From Auanema rhodensis (Eukaryota; Animalia; Nematoda), in assembly GCA_964057225.1 (NCBI GenBank), contig OZ059900.1, forward strand, positions 1,922,001 through 1,986,000: a stretch of DNA of 64,000 bases. The letters run 5' to 3'. The position numbers were made by a program, and so were the translations under genes. Shown piece by piece: positions 1 to 12,500 of this stretch. Position 1 is the first letter of the stretch. Each line of letters begins with the position of its first letter. A model generated the notes under the pieces. It had not been told where the DNA came from and did no database searches. It saw only the letters and a list, made by a program, of their open reading frames with translations.

Positions 1-348
1 ATTCGTTAAGATTTGAAAATCAAACACACAATGAACAAAATCAGTCTATTTTTATGAGTTTGCACTGATATATATTCATTTTGATCAAAAAAGGTCGAAA
101 ATAGAAAGAATTTTTGAATTTTCCGAGTTTTGAGTCCAATTGGGCTAAATCGCTCATATATATGATCAAAAGCATAGTTTTACTGTCTATGATAACAAAA
201 GTCTTCAAATATACACTAATAATGATTAAATCACTGAATTTCACTCAAATAGCATTACTACACTAAGTATGGTCGTTTTTATGCCTTTAACACCATATAC
301 TCACCGATTTTTGGTACAAAATCTGTGATACTCGTAAATTTTGATCAT
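1..348 (+). repeat. Representative 348-bp monomer subtype
   Basis: Carries GTCTTCAAATATACACTAATAATGATTAAATCACTGAATTTCACTC; the next ATTCGTTAAG starts at 349. Confidence 0.95.
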
Positions 349-695
349 ATTCGTTAAGATTTGAGAATCAAACATACAATACACAAAATCAGTCTATTTT
401 TATGAGCTTGCACTGATATATATTCATTTTGATCAAAAAAGGTCGAAAATAGAAAGAATTTTTGAATTTTCCGAGTTTTGAGTCCAATTGGGCTAAATCG
501 CTCATATATATGATCAAAAACATAGTTTTATTGTCTATAACAACAAAAGTCATCAATTAAACGCTAGTGATGTTTAAATACTGATTTTCGCTCAAATAGC
601 ATTACTACACTAAGTATGGTCGTTTTTATGCCTTTAACACCATATACTCACCGATTTTTGGTACAAAATCTGTGATACTCGTAAATTTTGATCAT
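349..695 (+). repeat. Representative 347-bp monomer subtype
   Basis: Carries GTCATCAATTAAACGCTAGTGATGTTTAAATACTGATTTTCGCTC, 1 bp shorter (AAATACTG versus AAATCACTG) with several linked substitutions. Confidence 0.95.
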
Positions 696-3600
696 ATTCG
701 TTAAGATTTGAAAATCAAACACACAATAAACAAAATCAGTCTATTTTTATGAGTTTGCACTGATATATATTCATTTTGATCAAAAAAGGTCGAAAATAGA
801 AAGAATTTTTGAAATTTCCGAGTTTTGAGTCTAATTTGGCTAAATCGCTCATATATAAGATCAAAAGCATAGTTTTACTGTCTATGATAACAAAAGTCTT
901 CAAATTTACACTAATAATGTGTAAATCACTGAATTTCACTCAAATAGCTTTACTACACTAAGTATGGTCGTTTTTATGCCTTTAACACCATATACTCACC
1001 GATTTTTGGTACAAAATCTGTAATACTCGTAAATTTCGATCATATTCGTTAAGATTTGAGAATCAAACATACAATACACAAAATCAGTCTATTTTTATGA
1101 GCTTGCACTGATATATATTCATTTTGATCAAAAAAGGTCGAAAATAGAAAGAATTTTTGAAATTTCCGAGTTTTGAGTCTAATTTGGCTAAATCGCTCAT
1201 ATACATGATCAGAAGCATAGTTTTATTGTCTATGACAACAAAAATCATCAATTAAACGCTAGTGATGTTTAAATACTGATTTTCGCTCAAATAGCATTAC
1301 TACACTAAGTATGGTCGTTTTTATGCCTTTAACACCATATACTCACCGATTTTTGGTACAAAATCTGTAATACTCGTAAATTTTGATCATATTCGTTAAG
1401 ATTTGAAAATCAAACACACAATGAACAAAATCAGTCTATTTTCATGAGTTTGCACTGATATATATTCATTTTGATCAAAAAAGGTCGAAAATAGAAAGAA
1501 TTTTTGAATTTTCCGAGTTTTGAGTCCAATTGGGCTAAATCGCTCATATATATGATCAAAAGCATAGTTTTACTGTCTATGATAACAAAAGTCTTCAAAT
1601 ATACACTAATAATGATTAAATCACTGAATTTCACTCAAATAGCATTACTACACTAAGTATGGTCGTTTTTATGCCTTTAACACCATATACTCACCGATTT
1701 TTGGTACAAAATCTGTGATACTCGTAAATTTTGATCATATTCGTTAAGATTTGAGAATCAAACATACAATACACAAAATCAGTCTATTTTTATGAGCTTG
1801 CACTGATATATATTCATTTTGATCAAAAAAGGTCGAAAATAGAAAGAATTTTTGAAATTTCCGAGTTTTGAGTCTAATTTGGCTAAATCGCTCATATATA
1901 TGATCAAAAGCATAGTTTTACTGTCTATGATAACAAAAGTCTTCAAATATACACTAATAATGATTAAATCACTGATTTTCAGTCAAATAGCATTACTACA
2001 CTAAGTATGGTCGTTTTTATGCCTTTAACACCATATACTCACCGATTTTTGGTACAAAATCTGTAATACTTGTAAATTTTGATCATATTTGTTAAGATTC
2101 GAGAATCAAACACATAATACACGAAATAAGTCTATTTTTACAAGTTTGCACTGATATTTATTCATTTTGATCAAAAAAGGTCGAAAATAGAAAGAATTTT
2201 TGAAATTTCCGAGTTTTGAGTCCAATTTGGCTAAATCGCTCATATATAAGATCAAAAGCATAGTTTTATTGTCTATAACAACAAAAGTCATCAATTAAAC
2301 GCTAGTGATATTTAAATACTGATTTTCGCTCAAGTAGCATTACTACACTAAGTATGGTCGTTTTTATGCCTATAACACCATATACTCACCGATTTTTGGT
2401 ACAAAATCTGTAATACTTGTAAATTTTGATCATATTCGTTAAGATTTGAGAATCGAACATACAATACACAAAATCAGTCTATTTTTACAAGTTTGCACTG
2501 ATATTTATTCATTTTGATCAAAAAAGGTCGAAAATAGAAAGAATTTTTGAAATTTCCGAGTTTTGAGTCCAATTTGGCTAAATCGCTCATATATATGATC
2601 AAAAGCATAGTTTTATTGTCTATGACAACAAAAGTCATCAATTAAACGCTAGTGATATTTAAATACTGATTTTCGCTCAAGTAGCATTACTACACTAAGT
2701 ATGGTCGTTTTTATGCCTTTAACACCATATACTCACCGATTTTTGGTACAAAATCTGTAATACTCGTAAATTTTGATCATATTCGTTCAGATTTGAGAAT
2801 CAAACATACAATACACAAGATGAATCTATTTTTATGAGCTTGCACTGATATATATTCATTTTGATCAAAAAAGGTCGAAAATAGAAAGAATTTTTGAACT
2901 TTCCGAGTTTTGAGTCGAATTGGGCTAAATCGCTCATATATATGATCAAAAGCATAGTTTTACTGTCTATGATAACAAAAGTCTTCAAATATACACTAAT
3001 AATGTGTAAATCACTGAATTTCACTCAAATAGCTTTACTACACTAAGTATGGTCGTTTTTATGCCTTTAACACCATATACTCACCGATTTTTGATACAAA
3101 ATCTGTAATACTCGTAAATTTCGATCATATTCGTTAAGATTCGAGAATCAAACACACAATACACAAAATAAGTTTATTTTTACCAGTTTGCACTGATATT
3201 TATTCATTTTGATCAAAAAAGGTCGAAAATAGAAAGAATTTTTGAATTTTCCGAGTTTTGAGTCCAATTGGGCTAAATCGCTCATATATATGATCAAAAG
3301 CATAGTTTCACTGTCTATGATAACAAAAGTCTTCAAATATACACTAGTAATGATTAAATCACTGAATTTCACTCAAATAGCTTTACTACACTAAGTATGG
3401 TCGTTTTTATGCCTTTAACACCATATACTCACCGATTTTTGGTACAAAATCTGTAATACTCGTAAATTTTGATCATATCCGTTAAGATTCGAGAATCAAA
3501 CACACAATACACGAAATAAGTTTATTTTTACGAGTTTGCACTGATATTTATTCATTTTGATCAAAAAAGGTCGAAAATAGAAAGAATTTTTGAATTTTCC

Positions 3601-6600
3601 GAGTTTTGAGTCCAATTGGGCTAAATCGCTCATATATATGATCAAAAGCATAGTTTCACTGTCTATGATAACAAAAGTCTTCAAATATACACTAGTAATG
3701 ATTAAATCACTGAATTTCACTCAAATAGCATTACTACACTAAGTATGGTCGTTTTTATGCCTTTAACACCATATACTCACCGATTTTTGGTACAAAATCT
3801 GTAATACTTGTAAATTTTGATCATATTCGTTAAGATTTGAGAATCAAACACATAATACACGAAATAAGTCTTTTTTTACAAGTTTGCACTGATATTTATT
3901 CATTTTGATCAAAAAAGGTCGAAAATAGAAAGAATTTTTGAAATTTCCGAGTTTTGAGTCCAATTTGGCTAAATCGCTCATATATATGATCAAAAGCATA
4001 GTTCTATTGTCTATAACAACAAAAGTCTTTAATTAAACGCTAGTGATGTTTTAATACTGAATTTCGCTCAAATAGCATTACTACACTAAGTATGGTCGTT
4101 TTTATGCCTTTAACACCATATACTCACCGATTTTTGGTACAAAATCTGTAATACTTGTAAATTTTGATCATATTCGTTAAGATTCGAAAATCAAACACAC
4201 AATACACGAAATAAGTTTATTTTTACAAGTTTGCACTGATATTTATTCATTTTGATCAAAAAAGGTCGAAAATAGAAAGAATTTTTGAAATTTCCGAGTT
4301 TTGAGTCTAATTTGGCTAAATCGCTCATATATATGATCAAAAGCATAGTTTTATTGTCTATAACAACAAAAGTCATCAATTAAACGCTAGTGATGTTTAA
4401 ATACTGAATTTCGCTCAAATAGCATTACTACACTAAGTATGGTCGTTTTTATGCCTTTAACACCATATACTCACCGATTTTTGGTACAAAATCTGTAATA
4501 CTCGTAAATTTTGATCATATTTGTTAAGATTTGAGAATCAAACATACAATACACAAAATCAATCTATTTTTATGAGCTTGCACTGATATATATTCATTTT
4601 GATCAAAAAAGGTCGAAAATAGAAAGAATTTTTGAAATTTCCGAGTTTTGAGTCTAATTTGGCTAAATCGCTCATATATAAGATCAGAAGCATAGTTTTA
4701 TTGTCTATGACAACAAAAATCATCAATTAAACGCTAGTGATATTTAAATACTGATTTTCGCTCAAATAGCATTACTACACTAAGTATGGTCGTTTTTATG
4801 CCTTTAACACCATATACTCACCGATTTTTGGTACAAAATCTGTAATACTCGTAAATTTTGATCATATTCGTTAAGATTTGAAAATCAAACACACAATAAA
4901 CAAAATCAGTCTATTTTTATGAGTTTGCACTGATATATATTCATTTTGATCAAAAAAGGTCGAAAATAGAAAGAATTTTTGAATTTTCCGAGTTTTGAGT
5001 CCAATTGGGCTAAATCGCTCATATATATAATCAAAAGCATAGTTTTACTGTCTATGATAACAAAAGTCATCAATTAAACGCTAGTGATGTTTAAATACTG
5101 ATTTTCGCTCAAATAGCATTACTACACTAAGTATGGTCGTTTTTATGCCTTTAACACCATATACTCACCGATTTTTGGTACAAAACCTGTGATACTCGTA
5201 AATTTTGATCATATTTGGTGAGATTCGAGAATCAAACACACAATACACGAAATAAGTTTATTTTTATGAGTTTGCACTGATATATATTCATTTTGATCAA
5301 AAAAGGTCGAAAATAGAAAGAATTTTTGAAATTTCCGAGTTTTGAGTCCAATTTGGCTAAATCGCTCATATATATGATCAAAAGCATAGTTCTATTGTCT
5401 ATAACAACAAAAGTCTTTAATTAAACGCTAGTGATGTTTTAATACTGAATTTCGCTCAAATAGCATTACTACACTAAGTATGGTCGTTTTTATGCCTTTA
5501 ACACCATATACTCACCGATTTTTGGTACAAAATCTGTAATACTTGTAAATTTTGATCATATTCGTTAAGATTCGAAAATCAAACACACAATACACGAAAT
5601 AAGTTTATTTTTACAAGTTTGCACTGATATTTATTCATTTTGATCAAAAAAGGTCGAAAATAGAAAGAATTTTTGAAATTTCCGAGTTTTGAGTCTAATT
5701 TGGCTAAATCGCTCATATATATGATCAAAAGCATAGTTTTATTGTCTATAACAACAAAAGTCATCAATTAAACGCTAGTGATGTTTAAATACTGAATTTC
5801 GCTCAAATAGCATTACTACACTAAGTATGGTCGTTTTTATGCCTTTAACACCATATACTCACCGATTTTTGGTACAAAATCTGTAATACTCGTAAATTTT
5901 GATCATATTTGTTAAGATTTGAGAATCAAACATACAATACACAAAATCAATCTATTTTTATGAGCTTGCACTGATATATATTCATTTTGATCAAAAAAGG
6001 TCGAAAATAGAAAGAATTTTTGAAATTTCCGAGTTTTGAGTCTAATTTGGCTAAATCGCTCATATATAAGATCAGAAGCATAGTTTTATTGTCTATGACA
6101 ACAAAAATCATCAATTAAACGCTAGTGATATTTAAATACTGATTTTCGCTCAAATAGCATTACTACACTAAGTATGGTCGTTTTTATGCCTTTAACACCA
6201 TATACTCACCGATTTTTGGTACAAAATCTGTAATACTCGTAAATTTTGATCATATTCGTTAAGATTCGAAAATCAAACACACAATAAACAAAATCAGTCT
6301 ATTTTTATGAGTTTGCACTGATATATATTCATTTTGATCAAAAAAGGTCGAAAATAGAAAGAATTTTTGAATTTTCCGAGTTTTGAGTCCAATTGGGCTA
6401 AATCGCTCATATATATAATCAAAAGCATAGTTTTACTGTCTATGATAACAAAAGTCATCAATTAAACGCTAGTGATGTTTAAATACTGATTTTCGCTCAA
6501 ATAGCATTACTACACTAAGTATGGTCGTTTTTATGCCTTTAACACCATATACTCACCGATTTTTGGTACAAAATCTGTGATACTCGTAAATTTTGATCAT

Positions 6601-9539
6601 ATTTGGTGAGATTCGAGAATCAAACACACAATACACGAAATAAGTTTATTTTTATGAGTTTGCACTGATATATATTCATTTTGATCAAAAAAGGTCGAAA
6701 ATAGAAAGAATTTTTGAATTTTCCGAGTTTTGAGTCTAATTTGGCTAAATCGCTCATATATATGATCAAAAGCATAGTTTTATTGTCTATAACAACAAAA
6801 GTCATCAATTAAACGCTAGTGATGTTTAAATACTGAATTTCGCTCAAATAGCATTACTACACTAAGTATGGTCGTTTTTATGCCTTTAACACCATATACT
6901 CACCGATTTTTGGTACAAAATCTGTAATACTCGTAAATTTTGATCATATTCGTTAAGATTTGAGAATCAAACATACAATACACAAAATCAGTCTATTTTT
7001 ATGAGCTTGCACTGATATATATTCATTTTGATCAAAAAAGGTCGAAAATAGAAAGAATTTTTGAAATTTCCGAGTTTTGAGTCTAATTTGGCTAAATCGC
7101 TCATATATAAGATCAGAAGCATAGTTTTATTGTCTATGACAACAAAAATCATCAATTAAACGCTAGTGATATTTAAATACTGATTTTCGCTCAAATAGCA
7201 TTACTACACTAAGTATGGTCGTTTTTATGCCTTTAACACCATATACTCACCGATTTTTGGTACAAAATCTGTAATACTCGTAAATTTTGATCATATTCGT
7301 TAAGATTTGAAAATCAAACACACAATAAACAAAATCAGTCTATTTTTATGAGTTTGCACTGATATATATTCATTTTGATCAAAAAAGGTCGAAAATAGAA
7401 AGAATTTTTGAATTTTCCGAGTTTTGAGTCCAATTGGGCTAAATCGCTCATATATATAATCAAAAGCATAGTTTTACTGTCTATGATAACAAAAGTCATC
7501 AATTAAACGCTAGTGATGTTTAAATACTGATTTTCGCTCAAATAGCATTACTACACTAAGTATGGTCGTTTTTATGCCTTTAACACCATATACTCACCGA
7601 TTTTTGGTACAAAATCTGTGATACTCGTAAATTTTGATCATATTCGGTGAGATTCGAGAATCAAACACACAATACACGAAATAAGTTTATTTTTACGAGT
7701 TTGCACTGATATTTATTCATTTTGATCAAAAAAGGTCGAAAATAGAAAGAATTTTTGAAATTTCCGAGTTTTGAGTCTAATTTGGCTAAATCGCTCATAT
7801 ATATGATCAAAAGCATAGTTTTATTGTCTATGACAACAAAAGTCATCAATTAAACGCTAGTGATGTTTAAATACTGAATTTCGCTCAAGTAGCATTACTA
7901 CACTAAGTATGGTCGTTTTTATGCCTTTAACACCATATACTCACCGATTTTTGGTACAAAATCTGTAATACTCGTAAATTTTGATCATATTCGGTGAGAT
8001 TCGAGAATCAAACACACAATACACGAAATAAGTTTATTTTGACGAGTTTGCACTGATATTTATTCATTTTGATCAAAAAAGGTCGAAAATAGAAAGAATT
8101 TTTGAATTTTCCGAGTTTTGAGTCCAATTGGGCTAAATCGCTCATATATATGATCAAAAGCATAGTTTTACTGTCTATGATAACAAAAGTCTTCAAATAT
8201 ACACTAATAATGATTAAATCACTGAATTTCACTCAAATAGCATTACTACACTAAGTATGGTCGTTTTTATGCCTTTAACACCATATACTCACCGATTTTT
8301 GGTACAAAATCTGTAATACTCGTAAATTTTGATCATATTCGGTGAGATTCGAGAATCAAACACACAATACACGAAATAAGTTTATTTTGACGAGTTTGCA
8401 CTGATATTTATTCATTTTGATCAAAAAAGGTCGAAAATAGAAAGAATTTTTGAATTTTCCGAGTTTTGAGTCCAATTGGGCTAAATCGCTCATATATATG
8501 ATCAAAAGCATAGTTTTACTGTCTATGATAACAAAAGTCTTCAAATATACACTAATAATGATTAAATCACTGAATTTCACTCAAATAGCATTACTACACT
8601 AAGTATGGTCGTTTTTATGCCTTTAACACCATATACTCACCGATTTTTGGTACAAAATCTGTGATACTCGTAAATTTTGATCATATTCGGTGAGATTCGA
8701 GAATCGCACATACAATACACGAAATAAGTCTATTTTTACGAGTTTGCACTGATATTTATTCATTTTGATCAAAAAAGGTCGAAAATAGAAAGAATTTTTG
8801 AAATTTCCGAGTTTTGAGTCTAATTTGGCTAAATCGCTCATATATATGATCAAAAGCATAGTTTTACTGTCTATGATAACAAAAGTCTTCAAATATACAC
8901 TAATAATGTGTAAATCACTGAATTTCACTCAAATAGCTTTACTACACTAAGTATGGTCGTTTTTATGCCTTTAACACCATATACTCACCGATTTTTGGTA
9001 CAAAATCTGTAATACTCGTAAATTTCGATCATATTCGTTAAGATTCGAGAATCAAACACACAATACACGAAATAAGTTTATTTTTACCAGTTTGCACTGA
9101 TATTTATTCATTTTGATCAAAAAAGGTCGAAAATAGAAAGAATTTTTGAATTTTCCGAGTTTTGAGTCCAATTGGGCTAAATCGCTCATATATATGATCA
9201 AAAGCATAGTTTCACTGTCTATGATAACAAAAGTCTTCAAATATACACTAGTAATGATTAAATCACTGAATTTCACTCAAATAGCTTTACTACACTAAGT
9301 ATGGTCGTTTTTATGCCTTTAACACCATATACTCACCGATTTTTGGTACAAAATCTGTGATACTCGTAAATTCTGATCATATTCGGTGAGATTCGAGAAT
9401 CAAACACACAATACACGAAATAAGTTTATTTTTACGAGTTTGCACTGATATTTATTCATTTTGATCAAAAAAGGTCGAAAATAGAAAGAATTTTTGAAAT
9501 TTCCGAGTTTTGAGTCTAATTTGGCTAAATCGCTCATAT

Positions 9540-12500
9540 ATATGATCAAAAGCATAGTTTTACTGTCTATGATAACAAAAGTCTTCAAATATACACTAAT
9601 AATGTGTAAATCACTGAATTTCACTCAAATAGCTTTACTACACTAAGTATGGTCGTTTTTATGCCTTTAACACCATATACTCACCGATTTTTGGTACAAA
9701 ATCTGTGATACTCGTAAATTTTGATCATATTCGTTAAGATTTGAGAATCAAACATACAATACACAAAATCAGTCTATTTTTATGAGCTTGCACTGATATA
9801 TATTCATTTTGATCAAAAAAGGTCGAAAATAGAAAGAATTTTTGAAATTTCCGAGTTTTGAGTCTAATTTGGCTAAATCGCTCATATATAAGATCAGAAG
9901 CATAGTTTTATTGTCTATGACAACAAAAATCATCAATTAAACGCTAGTGATATTTAAATACTGATTTTCGCTCAAATAGCATTACTACACTAAGTATGGT
10001 CGTTTTTATGCCTTTAACACCATATACTCACCGATTTTTGGTACAAAATCTGTAATACTCGTAAATTTTGATCATATTCGGTGAGATTCGAGAATCAAAC
10101 ACACAATACACGAAATAAGTTTATTTTGACGAGTTTGCACTGATATTTATTCATTTTGATCAAAAAAGGTCGAAAATAGAGAGAATTTTTGAATTTTCCG
10201 AGTTTTGAGTCCAATTGGGCTAAATCGCTCATATATATGATCAAAAGCATAGTTTTACTGTCTATGATAACAAAAGTCTTCAAATATACACTAATAATGA
10301 TTAAATCACTGAATTTCACTCAAATAGCATTACTACACTAAGTATGGTCGTTTTTATGCCTTTAACACCATATACTCACCGATTTTTGGTACAAAATCTG
10401 TGATACTCGTAAATTTTGATCATATTCGGTGAGATTCGAGAATCGAACACACAATACACGAAATAAGTCTATTTTTACGAGTTTGCACTGATATTTATTC
10501 ATTTTGATCAAAAAAGGTCGAAAATAGAAAGAATTTTTGAAATTTCCGAGTTTTGAGTCTAATTTGGCTAAATCGCTCATATATATGATCAAAAGCATAG
10601 TTTTACTGTCTATGATAACAAAAGTCTTCAAATATACACTAATAATGTGTAAATCACTGAATTTCACTCAAATAGCTTTACTACACTAAGTATGGTCGTT
10701 TTTATGCCTTTAACACCATATACTCACCGATTTTTGGTACAAAATCTGTAATACTCGTAAATTTCGATCATATTCGTTAAGATTCGAGAATCAAACACAC
10801 AATACACGAAATAAGTTTATTTTTACCAGTTTGCACTGATATTTATTCATTTTGATCAAAAAAGGTCGAAAATAGAAAGAATTTTTGAATTTTCCGAGTT
10901 TTGAGTCCAATTGGGCTAAATCGCTCATATATATGATCAAAAGCATAGTTTCACTGTCTATGATAACAAAAGTCTTCAAATATACACTAGTAATGATTAA
11001 ATCACTGAATTTCACTCAAATAGCTTTACTACACTAAGTATGGTCGTTTTTATGCCTTTAACACCATATACTCACCGATTTTTGGTACAAAATCTGTAAT
11101 ACTCGTAAATTTTGATCATATCCGTTAAGATTCGAGAATCAAACACACAATACACGAAATAAGTTTATTTTTACGAGTTTGCACTGATATTTATTCATTT
11201 TGATCAAAAAAGGTCGAAAATAGAAAGAATTTTTGAATTTTCCGAGTTTTGAGTCCAATTGGGCTAAATCGCTCATATATATGATCAAAAGCATAGTTTC
11301 ACTGTCTATGATAACAAAAGTCTTCAAATATACACTAGTAATGATTAAATCACTGAATTTCACTCAAATAGCATTACTACACTAAGTATGGTCGTTTTTA
11401 TGCCTTTAACACCATATACTCACCGATTTTTGGTACAAAATCTGTAATACTTGTAAATTTTGATCATATTCGTTAAGATTTGAGAATCAAACACATAATA
11501 CACGAAATAAGTCTTTTTTTACAAGTTTGCACTGATATTTATTCATTTTGATCAAAAAAGGTCGAAAATAGAAAGAATTTTTGAAATTTCCGAGTTTTGA
11601 GTCCAATTTGGCTAAATCGCTCATATATATGATCAAAAGCATAGTTCTATTGTCTATAACAACAAAAGTCTTTAATTAAACGCTAGTGATGTTTTAATAC
11701 TGAATTTCGCTCAAATAGCATTACTACACTAAGTATGGTCGTTTTTATGCCTTTAACACCATATACTCACCGATTTTTGGTACAAAATCTGTAATACTTG
11801 TAAATTTTGATCATATTCGTTAAGATTCGAAAATCAAACACACAATACACGAAATAAGTTTATTTTTACAAGTTTGCACTGATATTTATTCATTTTGATC
11901 AAAAAAGGTCGAAAATAGAAAGAATTTTTGAAATTTCCGAGTTTTGAGTCTAATTTGGCTAAATCGCTCATATATATGATCAAAAGCATAGTTTTATTGT
12001 CTATAACAACAAAAGTCATCAATTAAACGCTAGTGATGTTTAAATACTGAATTTCGCTCAAATAGCATTACTACACTAAGTATGGTCGTTTTTATGCCTT
12101 TAACACCATATACTCACCGATTTTTGGTACAAAATCTGTAATACTCGTAAATTTTGATCATATTTGTTAAGATTTGAGAATCAAACATACAATACACAAA
12201 ATCAATCTATTTTTATGAGCTTGCACTGATATATATTCATTTTGATCAAAAAAGGTCGAAAATAGAAAGAATTTTTGAAATTTCCGAGTTTTGAGTCTAA
12301 TTTGGCTAAATCGCTCATATATAAGATCAGAAGCATAGTTTTATTGTCTATGACAACAAAAATCATCAATTAAACGCTAGTGATATTTAAATACTGATTT
12401 TCGCTCAAATAGCATTACTACACTAAGTATGGTCGTTTTTATGCCTTTAACACCATATACTCACCGATTTTTGGTACAAAATCTGTAATACTCGTAAATT

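Noticed and set aside
1-348. Tandem RNA gene unit (5S rRNA, tRNA, snRNA or spliced leader)
   Set aside because: I could not recognise any conserved motifs of these RNAs on either strand. An Rfam/Infernal search would be the decisive test.
1-348. Assignment to a known satellite family (Drosophila 359-bp, primate alphoid, Arabidopsis CEN178)
   Set aside because: Only length or AT-richness is similar. I recognise no sequence match, and a database search is required.
9033-9050. CENP-B-box-like ATTCGTTAAGATTCGAGA
   Set aside because: Spacing is one base off and it lacks CGGG relative to NTTCGNNNNANNCGGGN. Both CpGs are polymorphic in the array.
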